A stretch of 64,000 nt of DNA from Octopus bimaculoides. Lineage: Eukaryota. Position numbers and translations under genes: made by a program. Shown piece by piece: positions 63,890 to 64,000 of this stretch. The notes beneath the pieces are model-generated. The model was not told the DNA's origin and made no database searches. It worked only from the letters and a program-made list of their open reading frames with translations. The first letter of the stretch is position 1. Each line of letters opens with the position of its first letter. The DNA lies in the NCBI RefSeq assembly GCF_001194135.2, contig NC_068991.1:76638871-76702870 (forward strand), in the 5' to 3' direction.

Positions 63890-64000
63890 GTGAGTTCTAA
63901 TGGTGAACGTGTAAGTATTGTCATGCAAAAGATGTGGTGCGCGCAAGCGGGTTGTCCCCGTTCGGATCGTGCTGCAATGGTCCGGTGTTGGTGTGTAAGA

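Overview
AT-rich eukaryotic, repeat-dominated DNA from a draft assembly. About 15 N-gaps are present, most flanked by (TA)n. The repeat content (dense tRNA-derived SINEs, Dong/R4-type LINE ends, Penelope-like relics, many mariner relics, abundant microsatellites) suggests a coleoid cephalopod, probably Octopus; this is inference, not a database result. I could not identify any intact protein-coding gene. Almost all entries in the ORF track are microsatellite or gap artefacts or decayed transposon frames, and only a few weak candidate exons are offered. No CRISPR array, tRNA gene or functional rRNA gene was seen. The most notable observations are: (1) a type I hammerhead ribozyme with an intact core and a palindromic stem III, sitting in the loop of a ~640 bp foldback with ~245 bp inverted arms (51883-52521); (2) a 28S rRNA fragment fused in-sense to a SINE 3' half and joined to an inverted copy of nearby DNA (45392-46643); (3) a Chapaev3 transposase relic flanked by two inverted copies of its own 3' end (35388-36280); (4) a SINE dimer inside a single TSD; (5) a second hammerhead candidate at 61510-61565. 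Boundaries of degenerate repeats are approximate.
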